Part shown: in pieces, positions 49,298 through 61,072 of the stretch | How positions within the stretch are numbered: position 1 is the stretch's first letter | How the letters are laid out: each line of letters opens with the position of its first letter | Notes under the pieces: generated by a model | Told to the model about the DNA's origin: nothing | What the model saw: the letters and a program-made list of their open reading frames with translations, nothing else | The model's database searches: none | Translations under genes and position numbers: made by a program | NCBI GenBank assembly: GCA_001179505.1 | Contig: CDMY01000399.1 | Location: 22,685-86,684, forward strand | Source of the DNA: Vitrella brassicaformis CCMP3155 | Lineage: Eukaryota > Protista > Chromerida | Direction of reading: 5' to 3' | Length of the DNA: 64,000 nt

Positions 49298-52200
49298 ATG
49301 GCGGCTGTGACGGTGAAGTGAGCAATACAATGAAAGAGAGGGAATGATGACTGATCAATCAAGAGGTGCTCTGTGTTCGGTTTGTCTGACAAACAGGTCG
49401 GTAGCATGAAATGGCCGCAGCAGAGAGGTATGCCCGACTCGCACACACAACAGCGCACCACAGATGCCCTCAGAGGTGTGCTGTGCTGTCTGTGATGTGT
49501 TGCAGCCGTGTTGGTGGACGGGATGGTCAAGAGAGCGGCGTCGATGGGCTGCCGCGACGCGACCCTCATGCGGGCGGTGCGGCTGCTGGATGCGTGCCGA
49601 GCCGATAAACTCATCGACCCGAACAACGCCAGACAGGCAAAGAGATCTGAATGACAGACAGAGAGTGAGGACTCATGGGACTCGTTTGTATCACTTGGCT
49701 GGCTGCTGACACACAGGTAGCAGATGCGTGTGTGGCCGCCTGCGTCGAGCGGCTGGAGCCACACCTGCTGATGGACGACATGCCGGTTGACCCCCCACAC
49801 ACGCAGGCACAGGTATTGAAACACAGACACAGACACAGACACAGACACGCACACGACGCTCACCTGTGCAGCGCCGACATGTCTGTCTGTCCGTTTGACT
49901 CTGTGTGTGCAGGTGGTGGGTCGTGTGGCGGCTGATAGTTCTGAGTGTGGCGTTGAGTGTGTAGAGAGGCTCTTCACTGCGGCCGGCATGGACACCCACG
50001 GCCGCCTGTTCTCATTCGCCAAATACCTCATGGTCAGTCAGTCCGCCAGCCACACACACACACACACATATACACATACACACACACACACACCTCCAGC
50101 TATCGAATTTCTCCCTGTCTGTCTGCTGTCTGTCTGTGCAGTTCTTGTCGATGTGTGACGTCGATTTGGCCGCGTGCGATGTCCACCTGCTGGCCGCCAC
50201 GGCCGTCTACATCACACGCAAGACCAACCAGAAGCAGATAGCGGGCGGCATTTGGGTGAGCCAAAGCGACACGTGTCATGGCCTATCTATGGCCTGTGTG
50301 GGTTTGTGTGTCCCGTTGTTCATTGTCAGAGTGCGCCCCTTGTGGCTGAGAGTTCGGTCAGCGAGTCGGCTTTGGAGTCGAGCATGACGACGTTGAGGAT
50401 GCAGCGGCTCATGTGGGGCGACACACAGACCACCAAAGGGGTGAGCATGGCAGAAGACCAGTAGAATCGCCAACACAGCACCGTCTTGATGTCGGTGTCT
50501 GTCGTTTGTGTGGTGTGTGCAGATCGTGACCGATGCAGTAGACGAGCTGTTCGCCTCGCCCGACCGCCACGGCGTCGCATCGACCCGCAGCCACCCGCAG
50601 CAAGAGCAGCAGCAGCAGCAGCAGCAGCAGGTGGGTCTGACACAACCGACCGCCATGCACCAGATGTGCCTTCTGTGTGTATCGATCTGCATTGTCAGTA
50701 ATACGTGTGTGTGCGATCTGCAGGGGGGCAGCCAGAAGCACCCCCTCGCCCATCTGTTTGCCGAAGACCGCTGCCGCATCCCCGACATCAGCACCACACT
50801 GCAGCTGAGAGCAGCCGCACGAGACATCAGAGACGCCTTCTCATCAGACCAGCTGCGCAGCCGAGTGGACAACTCACTGAGCCGTGACGGCGATGGCATC
50901 AACACCCCACAGCTGCAGCAGCTGGTGCGGTTCGACCCATCGCTGGGGATGGGTGAGCTCATGGCGGCGGTGTGGATAGCCGAGGAGGGCGGGCGGTGGG
51001 ATGAGACGCGGGAGGTGCTGCAGTGGGCCAGCCAGTGTGGCTGCTGCACACTGCCTGTCAACCTCACGGCCGATGACATCAACACACACGCCAACAAGAC
51101 GGTAAGGCACACACACAGAGGGGCGGGGAGAGAACAGAGAGGCCTCATTCCCTCTCTGTCTGTCTGTGTGTGTGTGTGTGTGTGTCTGTGTGTGATGTGG
51201 TGTAGGCGTATGGATCGGTAGCTCGTGTGTTAGCGCAGCTGGTGGTGGTCGGCCGCCACATCGACCTCGGTGACGGCAGCTGCCTGCAGATCTGCCGCCA
51301 CGCCAATGGTGAGGTGCGGGCCATCAAGGACCAGCCCGGCTTCCGGCTGGCCATCAACCCGCCCCTCGCTGCCCACCATCTGTATCAGCAGCACCGACAG
51401 CAGCATGACCCACCAGTGCGGAGCAGCATCTTCTACCGGAGCGGCACCGGCGGATGGGTGTCGACCGGTTTCCCGACCATCTATGTGTCATTGTCGTCGT
51501 TTGCCAAGCGCATGATCAACCAACACTTCTGCTCGACTCCCCAGACCAATCGCACATCGATATCACTCAACAGGTACCACACCAATGGCACCAGTGGCCA
51601 GAGGGGTGCGTGTGTGCTTGTGTGTGTGTGTGGTTGCTTCAGGCGTGTTGGTGGCGGCCGTCTGGATGGCCTCCTCACCCAGTCGCCCCACACACCGGTG
51701 GCCGGCTGCACCACCACACGCAGCTGGGAAGACGGCATCGGTGAGGTGCGTGTGCTGGTGCTGACCAACAGCAGCCACAACTTCGTCGCGTGGATTGTCA
51801 TTTCGGAATGGGGGGACGGCACCGGTAAGGCCGACAGACAGGCAGCTCTGCTGTTCAAATGTTATCAGCGTTTTCTTCCTGCTTGTCTGTCCGCAGTGGA
51901 TGTGTGTGTCGCGACGACCGAGGCACCTGCGGCTGGTGTGAGTGGTGCCTTCAAGGACCGCTTCCCCGTGACCACTCGACTGGCCCGCGTGGCGTTGGGG
52001 CGAGTGGCGCCATACGTCTTCGACGGACAAGTAGACGATGACAATGACGACGATGATGGTGCGGACAGGGGAGAGAGGGACACACACACATGGTGGCGAT
52101 GGATGTGTGGCATTTCATCTCTGTCTGTCTTTGTGTGTGGTGTAGATTCCGACGGCCATGGCGGCGGTTGGGATGATATGGATGACGACAGCGACGGAGA

Positions 52201-52880
52201 GGACAGCGGAGGTACACATGAGGGGGAGGGATACACAGCACAGTTCACACAGATGCCCTTTGTCAATCCACCCCAGCCGAGGAGGACAACGACGAGGGTG
52301 ACGGCGACAACGACGACGACAGCTACAGTGGTGGCGGTGCTCACAGAGGGAGGGAGGGACGCACACACTCGTGAAGGGATGGCTAATGGACCTTCTCTAT
52401 GTGTGTGGTGCAGACGGCAATGGTGGCAATGAGAGTGACGGGATGGACGACGGCAGCGGAGGTGCACACGAAGAAGAAGACTCACAGCACTTCGCGTCAA
52501 ACACATGTGTGTGCGAGCTGGCTGCAGGGGCGCCATATGTCTTCGACGGACGAGTAGACAATGACAGCTATGATGACGACAGTGACGATGGTACGACAGG
52601 CAGAGGGAGGCGGCAAGGAGAGACGTGGGTGTGTGACGGGCCCTTTGTGTGGTGCAGACGGCCATCGTGGCGGTGGCTGGGACGATATGGACGTCGACAG
52701 CGGAGGTGCACACGAAGGAAGGCACACACAGCACACCACACGCCCTAATGCCCGTCGCCATCACACAGCTATGCGTGTGTGTGTGTGTGTGTGGGTGTGT
52801 TGATCTGTGTGGCAGTTGAGGATGCACCAGCCGAGGAGGACAATCAAAACGGCGGCGGTGACGGCAATGCATCGCTCTGA
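49298..52880 (+). CDS. Cyclin-fold + lineage-specific domain fusion protein, copy 2 (intact), with acidic tail
   Basis: Same exon series as copy 1 with no stops in my splicing: WPQQRAVLVDGMVKRA..RAVRLLDAC; AACVERLE; FAKYLM|FLSMCDVDL..LLAATAVYITRK..W|SAPLVAESSVSESALESSM; then CGCCTLPVNLTADDIN..VVGRHIDLGDG..NRTSISLNR..FPVTTRLARVALG. The 3' acidic micro-exons are less certain. Confidence 0.8.
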
Positions 52881-54532
52881 GGACACACACAGAGACCGAT
52901 CTCAATACTCACTGGTGCGCCACAGACACACTGCAATGTGATCGGCTGGCGCCATGCCCCTCTGTGTGTGTGTGCGTGTGTGTGTGTGTGTTGTGGTCAG
53001 GAGGGTGGCGGAGTGCTGTCTGCCATCCTCTCTGTTCAGTAGCCCGCTGACCGGTGTAGATCACTGCTGATGTCGACCCACCAATGGCTGGCTGTGTGTG
53101 TGTCAATGCCCCCGGTGGGAGGGTGTGTGTGTGGGTCGCTCTCTCTCCCCTCCCCTCCCCTCTGTGTGTGGCCCTCCTCCATCTCTCTCTCTATCTCTCT
53201 GCCTGTGTGCTGTCGATATGTATTGGCCTGGCTGGGTGGACGGCCGACGTCCTGACGTCCTGACAGACAGACATGGTGTGTGTGTGTGTGTGTGTGAATG
53301 CGTTTCATTGCATCGCTCTCGCGTCCGTCTGGTGAATGATGCGCGTGTTGATCCACGCATCACACGTAAAATTGATGAGTATGCACACACACTCACACAC
53401 TCCTTGGCTGCGCTGCCGTGTCTATCTGTTTTGCCCCTCCCTCTCCATCTGGATGGCTGGGCGGTCGGTGCTTTAATTTCTTGGGCTGATGATTGACATC
53501 TTCTCTCTCTGTGAACGTGTACACACATGTGCATATGTATTCACCCAGACAGACAGACAGGCCGATCGACGCACCACACTCTTGTATGGTGTGTCCATCC
53601 ATCCAGCCATCCATCTGCGCCGCATTGTTCGCTGCACACACACATACGTGGCAGTGTATCTCTCTCTCGCACTCGTGGTCCATCCATTCACACCGTCACA
53701 CCTAACAGACGTACAGGCTGCTCCGATGCAGTCAGTTGTCTTTGCCTACTTGTTGTTTCCCTCGGGCTGTGGGCGGCTTCCTGAAATTCACATCGGGCGC
53801 GGCTGCTGCATGGCACTCGGTCATGTGTATACGCCTCCACACCACACACACTGGAGCGAGACGCTCCAGCCCTCATGACTTAATTACTCGTGGTGGCGGT
53901 GGTGCATGGGGGTGGTAGGGCGGCTCGCTGCATGCGGTGTGTATGTCTTGCTTTGTGTCCATCTCTGCTGCCTAACTGCCTTACGTCGACTGCCTCTCTC
54001 CCCTCTCTGTGTCCGTCGATCTCTGTACACACCGATATGTATATATTATTATTATGTGAGTACACATCCGCATACACTGACTGACAGACTGACTGAGTAT
54101 GGCCAGGGATGAGTGTGGCACCTGACTGACGCGTTCATTGATTCAGTCACAGGTGGGCAGGCCTGGGCATGTCGGTCGTAGCGACGACGATGTGTGGCTC
54201 TCCCCTCTCTCTGTGGTCCATATGAATGTATTGGCCTGGCTGCCTGACTGTGTTGATGGACTGACTGACTGACAGGTGTGTGAATGAATGAATGAATGCG
54301 ATGTGTTGCCCATATTGGTGTGCACTCAACACACTCCTTCTTCTTGACCTCAAACCACAGTGGCCATCCCGCACACATCATGGCACTGGCAGGCATTCGC
54401 AACACTCACACGCACTTGAAGCTGAGCCTTTCTCTTCTCGCCATCTCGGGGAGCAATGAGTTCGATCATGATTCATTGCGAGCTTCAATGATGACAACCC
54501 TGTAGCGTAGGAGGTAGCCTTTGCGACAAGCG

Positions 54533-55000
54533 ATGGGTGCGGTCAACAGCAAGAGCACCGACGAGGCGTCGCCCGCCATCAACGGCCAGGTGCTCGACGT
54601 CGTCTATCGGGACGACAGCGATGAGCTGCACAACGTCAAGGACCTCGGCCACATCAGGAGGTCGGCCCTGTTCTTCAGCAAGGTCGACTTCCCCGCCCAG
54701 ATCCTCCGCAGCCGACTCAACCGCTCACTCCATCGCATTCGCCTCACTGACGGCACCCGGCTGGACGCGGTGCTGACGTTCGACGCCCAGACGGTGTCTG
54801 AACCTCGTGAGCTGCTGGCGGCCGTGTGGCTGGTGGAAGAGCAGAAGTGGGACGAGGTGGCTGAGGTGCTGCAGTGGGCCAGTGAGTGCGGCTTCTGTCA
54901 GCTGCCCCTCAACCTCACCGCAGATGACATCAACAGACACGTCAACAAGACGGTAAGGGGCACACACACGGGCGGTGAGAGATAACAGAGAGGCCTCATC

Positions 55001-55035
<35 letters not shown>

Positions 55036-56185
55036 TCTGTCTGTGTGTGATGTGGTGTAGGCGTATGGATCGTTAGCTCGTGTGTTGGCGCAGCTCATGG
55101 TGGTCGGCCGCCACATCGACTTCGGTGACGGCAGCCGCTTGCAGATCTGCCGCCATCCCAATGGTGAGGTGCGGGCCATCAAGGACCAGCCCGACTTCGA
55201 GCTGGACGTCGACCCGCCCCTCGCTGCCCACCACCATCTGTATCAGCAGCACCGACAGCAGCATGACCCACCAGTGCGGAGCTGCATCAACTACCGGAGC
55301 AACAGCGGCGGATGGGTGTCGTTCGGTTTCCCGACCATTGATGCGTCGGTGTCGTCGTTCGCCAAGCACAAGATCCTCCGCAACTTCTTCGGGACTCACC
55401 AGGCCAATCGCACATCGATACATCTCAACAGGTAACACACCAATGACACCAGTGGCGAGAGGGGTGCGTGTTTGATTGTGTGTCTGTGTCTGTGTGTTTG
55501 CTTCAGGTTTGTTGGCGGCGGCCGTCTGGATGACCTGCTCACCCAGTCGCCCCACACACCAGTCGCCGGATGCTCCGCCACACTCACCTGCTGGGACGGC
55601 TGGCATGGTCGTCTGCGGTATCTGGTGCTCACCGACAGCAGCTACGGCTTCGTCGCGTGGATTACCATTCAGGATATTGGATACGCGACCGGTCAGGCCG
55701 ACAGACAGGCAGCTTTGGTCATTAAATCTCGTCTGTCTGCCTGCAGTGATGGTTAGTGTCCTGACGACCGAGGCACCTGTGAGTGAGAGTGGCGCCTTCA
55801 AGGACCGCCTCCCTGTGACCACTCAGCTGGCCCGTGTGGCGCTGGGGTCAGGTGTGGCGCCATTCGTGCTCGACGGACGAGTAGTGCCACAGCAGCAGCA
55901 ACAGCAGCAGGATGACAGCGACGATGACGACGGTACGGCCAGGGAAGAGACGGAAGCATGTGAGTGAAACCGTGTGTGGTGGATGGGCCTTCTGTGTGTG
56001 TGGTGTAGACGCCAGTGATGGTGACGATATGGCTGACGGCAGCGGAGGTACCAACAAAGGAAGAGAGGCACACACATCTGGTGGCAATCCGCAACACACG
56101 AGTGTGCGTGTGTGTTTATTTGACAGGCGAGGACGCCGCAGCTGAGGAGGAGAACGGCGCTGACGACACTGCATCGCTCGGATGA
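54533..56185 (+). CDS. Lineage-specific family protein (cyclin-less copy 3) with predicted N-myristoylation start
   Basis: MGAVNSKS..; CGFCQLPLNLTADDINRHVNKT|AYGSLARVLAQLMVVGRHIDFGDGSRLQI..NRTSIHLNR|..LPVTTQLARVALG; acidic tail ending NGADDTASLG*. Confidence 0.85.
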
Positions 56186-56973
56186 CCAACCAACACAAAG
56201 TACCGGTACGCCACAAATCGATTTGTCGGGCCAATGGATGGATGGATGTCGTGCCCTCTGTGTGGCTGTGTGTGTGTCCAGGAGGTTATCTGTAGCTGTA
56301 GCTGGATTGCACACATACCACTGACTCCGTAGCCAGTGGTGGGTGACTCACCGATGCTGCCAGCGGCTGGCTGTGGATGGGGGGCGCCTATGTCTGTGTT
56401 GCCGTCTGCAGAGCTGTGTGCGTATCTGGCCCTCCCTCCCTCACTCTGTACGTGTCGATTGTATCTGTCCGTTTTGCTGCGGCTTGCCTGGCTGTGGGTG
56501 TGGGTGCCGGGGACAATGGGGGACTGCCTGCCTGCCTCAATTCTCAATCATTGTGTGGTTGTACAGCCCCCTCTCTCATTGCGATGTGGATGGAGTCGGT
56601 GTACTCCCGTGTGTGCCGTGAACGAATTCATCAAGTATCAACTGAGATATGCGCAATGTCCCCCATACACACAAGTGACAGACAACACGTATACATATCT
56701 TTCGTTGAGTGTGCCTATCTGTCTGTCTGTACACCCGAGAGCCAGTCCCCCCTCCCAATCGGCTACCGACATACCCACACACATACACACACACGCCCCG
56801 ACCCACCAGTCAGTCATACACAGGCCATCCATCCATCCATCCATTTATGAATGCATCATGGATTGATCTATGCCATTCGGCTACTCACATACCCACACAC
56901 ATACGCCGTAAGGGCCCTTCACTTTTCCATACTTGCGTTACGGATTGAGCTGTCTGTCTATCTATCCATCTTT

Positions 56974-58953
56974 CTATGCCTCGCCGCCCGCCCCCTCCCC
57001 CTCCCCCTCCCCACCGCTACGGCTGTCGTCCTCGCTGACGTCGGTGTCTACGTCGCTCTCGCCATCCTCATCATCGCCGCCCTCCTCAGCGGCCGCCTGC
57101 ATCAATGCCTGCAGCCCCTGGGGGTCGACGCGGTCCGGGTAATGGTCGGCGACAAGCATGACGGCCTGCAAACGAATGAAGGACAACGCACTGACAGTGT
57201 GTTGTATGCCGGTGCCCCTTGTCGCCACGTGTGTGTTTGTGTGTGCCGTGCAGGCGATTTACCGGCACTGCGATGTCGACGTCTTCATGTGTCTGCAGCT
57301 CGACTACCTTGTCCACACCGCCGGCCTGCGTCAAACGTAATACAGGACAGCCATGTGAATGGTGTCCACTGTCCTCATTCTCTCTCTCTCTCTTTGTTCC
57401 CTCACCTGGTCTACTAGAGTGGAGTAGGGGTTGTCGGGGAGACCCTCGTTGGCCTGCTTCTGACGACCCGCACTGCACACACGAACGCAGCACACAGCAC
57501 AGCACAGCAGGTGATAGGCAAATGCGGTGTGTGTCCTTTGACCTTCTCCTGTTACCGTAGTATGTTGTCCAGCGCCTTGATCGTATTCTCCCGATTGTCA
57601 TTGTCGTCACCGAGTGCGTCGCAGAGGGGCTGGACGCCGCCACACTCGACCACATACTCAGCCTGAACAAACGAATAGACACACACACCCAGACAGCCGT
57701 GACACATCAACAAGCTTGTCGCCTGTGGCCTACAAACACACCTGTTGCTGCGACCCGTGGGCTACATTTCCGACGGCCCCTGCTGCTATGACCTTCACTT
57801 GGGGATGGCTCTCCTCGCTGACCGCCATGCTGATCAGCAGAGGCACCAAATCACCATCGATGACCGCCTGCACGTGGGCAGGGCTACCTGCATCCAACGA
57901 ATCCACACACAAACACCGCCCCACTCATGACGTCCTTGTTGCGGTGTGTGAGTGTGTGTGATGGTGTGTTCCACCCGCAGCGATAAAGATGACGATCAGG
58001 CCCGCAACTTCATGCGCACCCCGCCCGGCCCCCACCGCAGCCATCGTCTTCAGCGATCCCACGGCGCCACACTCGACCAACGCATCACGGTCACCATCGG
58101 TACCTGAGCGACCGATCAGCCATATAATGGACAAACAAGACGATCTTCCCCCCAGGCTCTTTAGAAGGGATACTGATGGCTTGATCGACTGACCGTCTTG
58201 CTCGTCGCACCAAGTGGCGAAGTGCGCCAGGGCCACTCGTGCGGGCTCCAGCACACCATCATCCTGCTGAGGTGCGGCGATCAGGCTAACCAGCACCGGC
58301 AGGAAGGGGGCGAACTCGGCGAGTGGGGCGGGGAGGGGCGGGCTCTCGGTGACAGCCCACACATCGCACAGCAGGCAGAGACCCACGGCCATCACCTCGG
58401 TGCTGGCGGCCTCACGCACCACCGTCAGCAGGGGCTGCAGGACGCCCGCCGCCACCACGGCATCGCGACGGTCCACCGACCCCGCCATGATCATGCGCAG
58501 CGCCCCCATCGCCCCCTTACACACACGGTCGGTCCGTGACGACACGAGCTGCACCAGGGGCGGGACGGCACCAGCATCGGCCACCGCAGCGGCATGGTTC
58601 ACCGCCAGCATGCCGAGCAGCCAGGCTGCTGCTCCACTCTCCATCTCGTGGCGCCCGCTCAGCTGCTCGACGGCCGCGGGCAGCACACCGACACCGATGG
58701 CCTTGGCGAAACGATCGATGTGCTTGATGGGCAGCAGCCGATTCAGCTGCAGCATGGCGTCAAGCCGAAGGGGGCTGCTTGACGCCATGAGCTGGCAGAT
58801 GTCGGCCATGACGGCGGTGATCTCGGCCTCGACGACATCCAGCCCTCGCTGCTGGACGGCCTGGTCGTATCCCTCTTTGGTTTGGATGGCATCGACGAGG
58901 CTGCTCGCCTTGGCCAGCACTGCTTGGGGCGATGTGCAGCCCGCCGAGTCCAT
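56974..58953 (-). CDS. Importin-alpha-like ARM-repeat protein, copy 3 (no IBB domain)
   Basis: MDSAGCTSPQAVL..ADAGAVPPLVQLVSS..VVAAGVLQPLL; AHVQAVIDGDLVPLL..AAGAVGNVAHGSQQQ; EYVVECGGVQPLCDAL; NPYSTLVDQAGGVDKVVELQTHE. Confidence 0.85.
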
Positions 58954-59116
58954 TGCCTCACAGCTGCGAGGAACAAACACACACACACACCCAATGTGCA
59001 GAACTCTTCATGGCTGCTCTCCTTCATCCTTCTGACCTTCTTGTGTGCTCGCGGCCCTCCACCTCGGTGCTCAATGGTCCCGCTGCCGCTATCACACCAC
59101 ACTACTCGTCCATCTC

Positions 59117-59180
59117 GTGGCGCAGATCTATCTGCTGAATGAAATGAATTGCGACACGAAATGAGATAGATCTGCACCAC
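59117..59180. promoter_or_regulatory. 17-bp inverted repeat in the ARM3/CSN5 divergent intergenic region
   Basis: gtggcgcagatctatct (59117-59133) and agatagatctgcaccac (59164-59180), one mismatch, 30-nt spacer. The regulatory role is inferred from position only. Confidence 0.4.
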
Positions 59181-59337
59181 AGATGACTTCGGCTTACCAT
59201 GATGCGCAATCCTCTGGTGCTCTACGACCACAACGACCGCGAGGTTGTTGCGAGCTTTTGAAGATCTCATCCCTTTCCATTCGCCTAACGTCTTCCATTC
59301 CCATTGCGCAATGGACCGTGTGAGTGTGCCTGGCGGT

Positions 59338-60056
59338 ATGTCGGCGGGTGCCTCATCTTCGTCGGCATCCGCGTCGGTGCCGTCCGGACAGACGGCGATG
59401 AAGCAGTGGGAGTTGAACAACAGCGTCAAGGAGGACGACTCGGTCTACAAATACGATGCGGTCGAGCAGGAGAACATTCTCAACAACAGGCCATGGACCA
59501 ACGAGTGAGTCAGTGAGGCCACAGGAGCGAGGCGGGCTGCCTGCTTGCAGGTGATGGGAGATCTGTGATGCGTGTGTGTGCGTGTTTGTGTCAGTGTGCT
59601 GTATTTCAAGAAGTGCCGCATCACGGCTGTCGCCCTGATCAAGATGGTCGGCACCTACAAAGAGGGAATGGGGACGCTCCTGACATCTGTGTGTGTTGTG
59701 TGTTGTGTGCAGGTGATGCATGCCCGGAGCGGCGGTCGTCTGGAGATTATGGGTCTGATGCAGGGCAAGATCATCAAAGACGCATTCGTCATCATGGACG
59801 CATTCGCACTTCCCGTCGAAGTAACCAAGCACAGCACCCCCAAGGCCACCCACCCATCTACACACACATCACGAGGCTTGCTGATTGCTTGCAGGGCACT
59901 GAGACTCGTGTGAATGCCGGCGCTGGTGCCAACGAGTACATGGTCAACTATCAAGAGGTCTCGGAAATGGTAACCTAACCTGGATCATGAGAAGCACTCA
60001 CTGCACAGTGGGGGGGAGCACTGGTATGCACGTGTCTGTCCGGGTAATGCTGCCTT

Positions 60057-60112
<56 letters not shown>

Positions 60113-61041
60113 AGGTTGGTCGCATGGAGAACATAGTGGGCTGGTACCACAGCCACCCTGGGTACTTGGCCAACCATCACACACACACAGACACACACAC
60201 ACACACAGGGAGGAGAGGAAGAGGCGACACCACCACCACCACCACCAACCACTGTGTGATGCCTGTGGTGTGTGTAGGTATGGGTGTTGGCTGAGCGGCA
60301 TCGACTGTCAGACCCAGATGCTCTACCAGCAGCACCAGGAGCCATTCGTCGCTGTCGTGGTCAGCATCCAGCAAACCACAAACAGACAAACACACACGCG
60401 CAAGAGAAGCCACACTGATGCTCACGTGTGGCGTGTTTTGTTGTGTTGTGTGTGGTCATGTCAGGTGGATCCCATTCGAACATGCGCTTCGGGCGCAGTG
60501 GACGTCAGACAGACAGACACCGAATCACACATTGGTGTGGTTGCCCTTCTCTGTCTGTGTGGTCGTGTGGCTGGCGTGTGTGTCAACCAATATAGATTGG
60601 TGCGTTCCGCTGCTACCCGAGTGGATACACGCCGCCGGAGGACGGGCCCAGCGATTTCCAGCCCATCCCGCTGCACAAAATCGAAGACTTCGGACTGCAC
60701 TGGAAACAGTAAGTACGTAGGTGGACAGACAATGATTGATGGTGCAGTGCAGTCAGTGAGGCAGACAGACAGACAGAGAGGCTGACACACAACACATCGG
60801 TGTGTGTGTGTGTTGTGGTGTGTGTTGGTTGTGTGGTAGGTATTACCCGTTGCAGATAGAGGTGTTCAAGTCGTCTCTGGACGCCAAGCTGCTGGACCTG
60901 CTGTGGTCCAACTACTGGGCCTCCACACTCGCATCCTCGCCGCTGCTCAACGTACTGTACCCACACCAACACACCGACACACCCACACACAGCCAAACCA
61001 TCCATATCACACAGCCAAGTTTACCATATCACAAGGCCTCC

Positions 61042-61072
<31 letters not shown>

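Larger units (their letters stand above)
46308..57010. repeat. Right arm of inverted segmental duplication (expanded version)
   Basis: See 11625-18268; this arm holds ARM copy 2, cyclin-fusion copy 2, cyclin-less copy 3 and the 3' tip of ARM copy 3. Confidence 0.85.

Noticed and set aside
48505-49347. 280-aa plus-strand ORF and similar long antisense ORFs (38522-39634, 34710-35714, 6587-7033 read-through)
   Set aside because: Antisense shadows of GC-rich exons or read-through of introns; no independent motifs.
53000-54500. Small minus-strand gene divergent from copy 3
   Set aside because: Only short, microsatellite-interrupted frames; no consistent exon chain.
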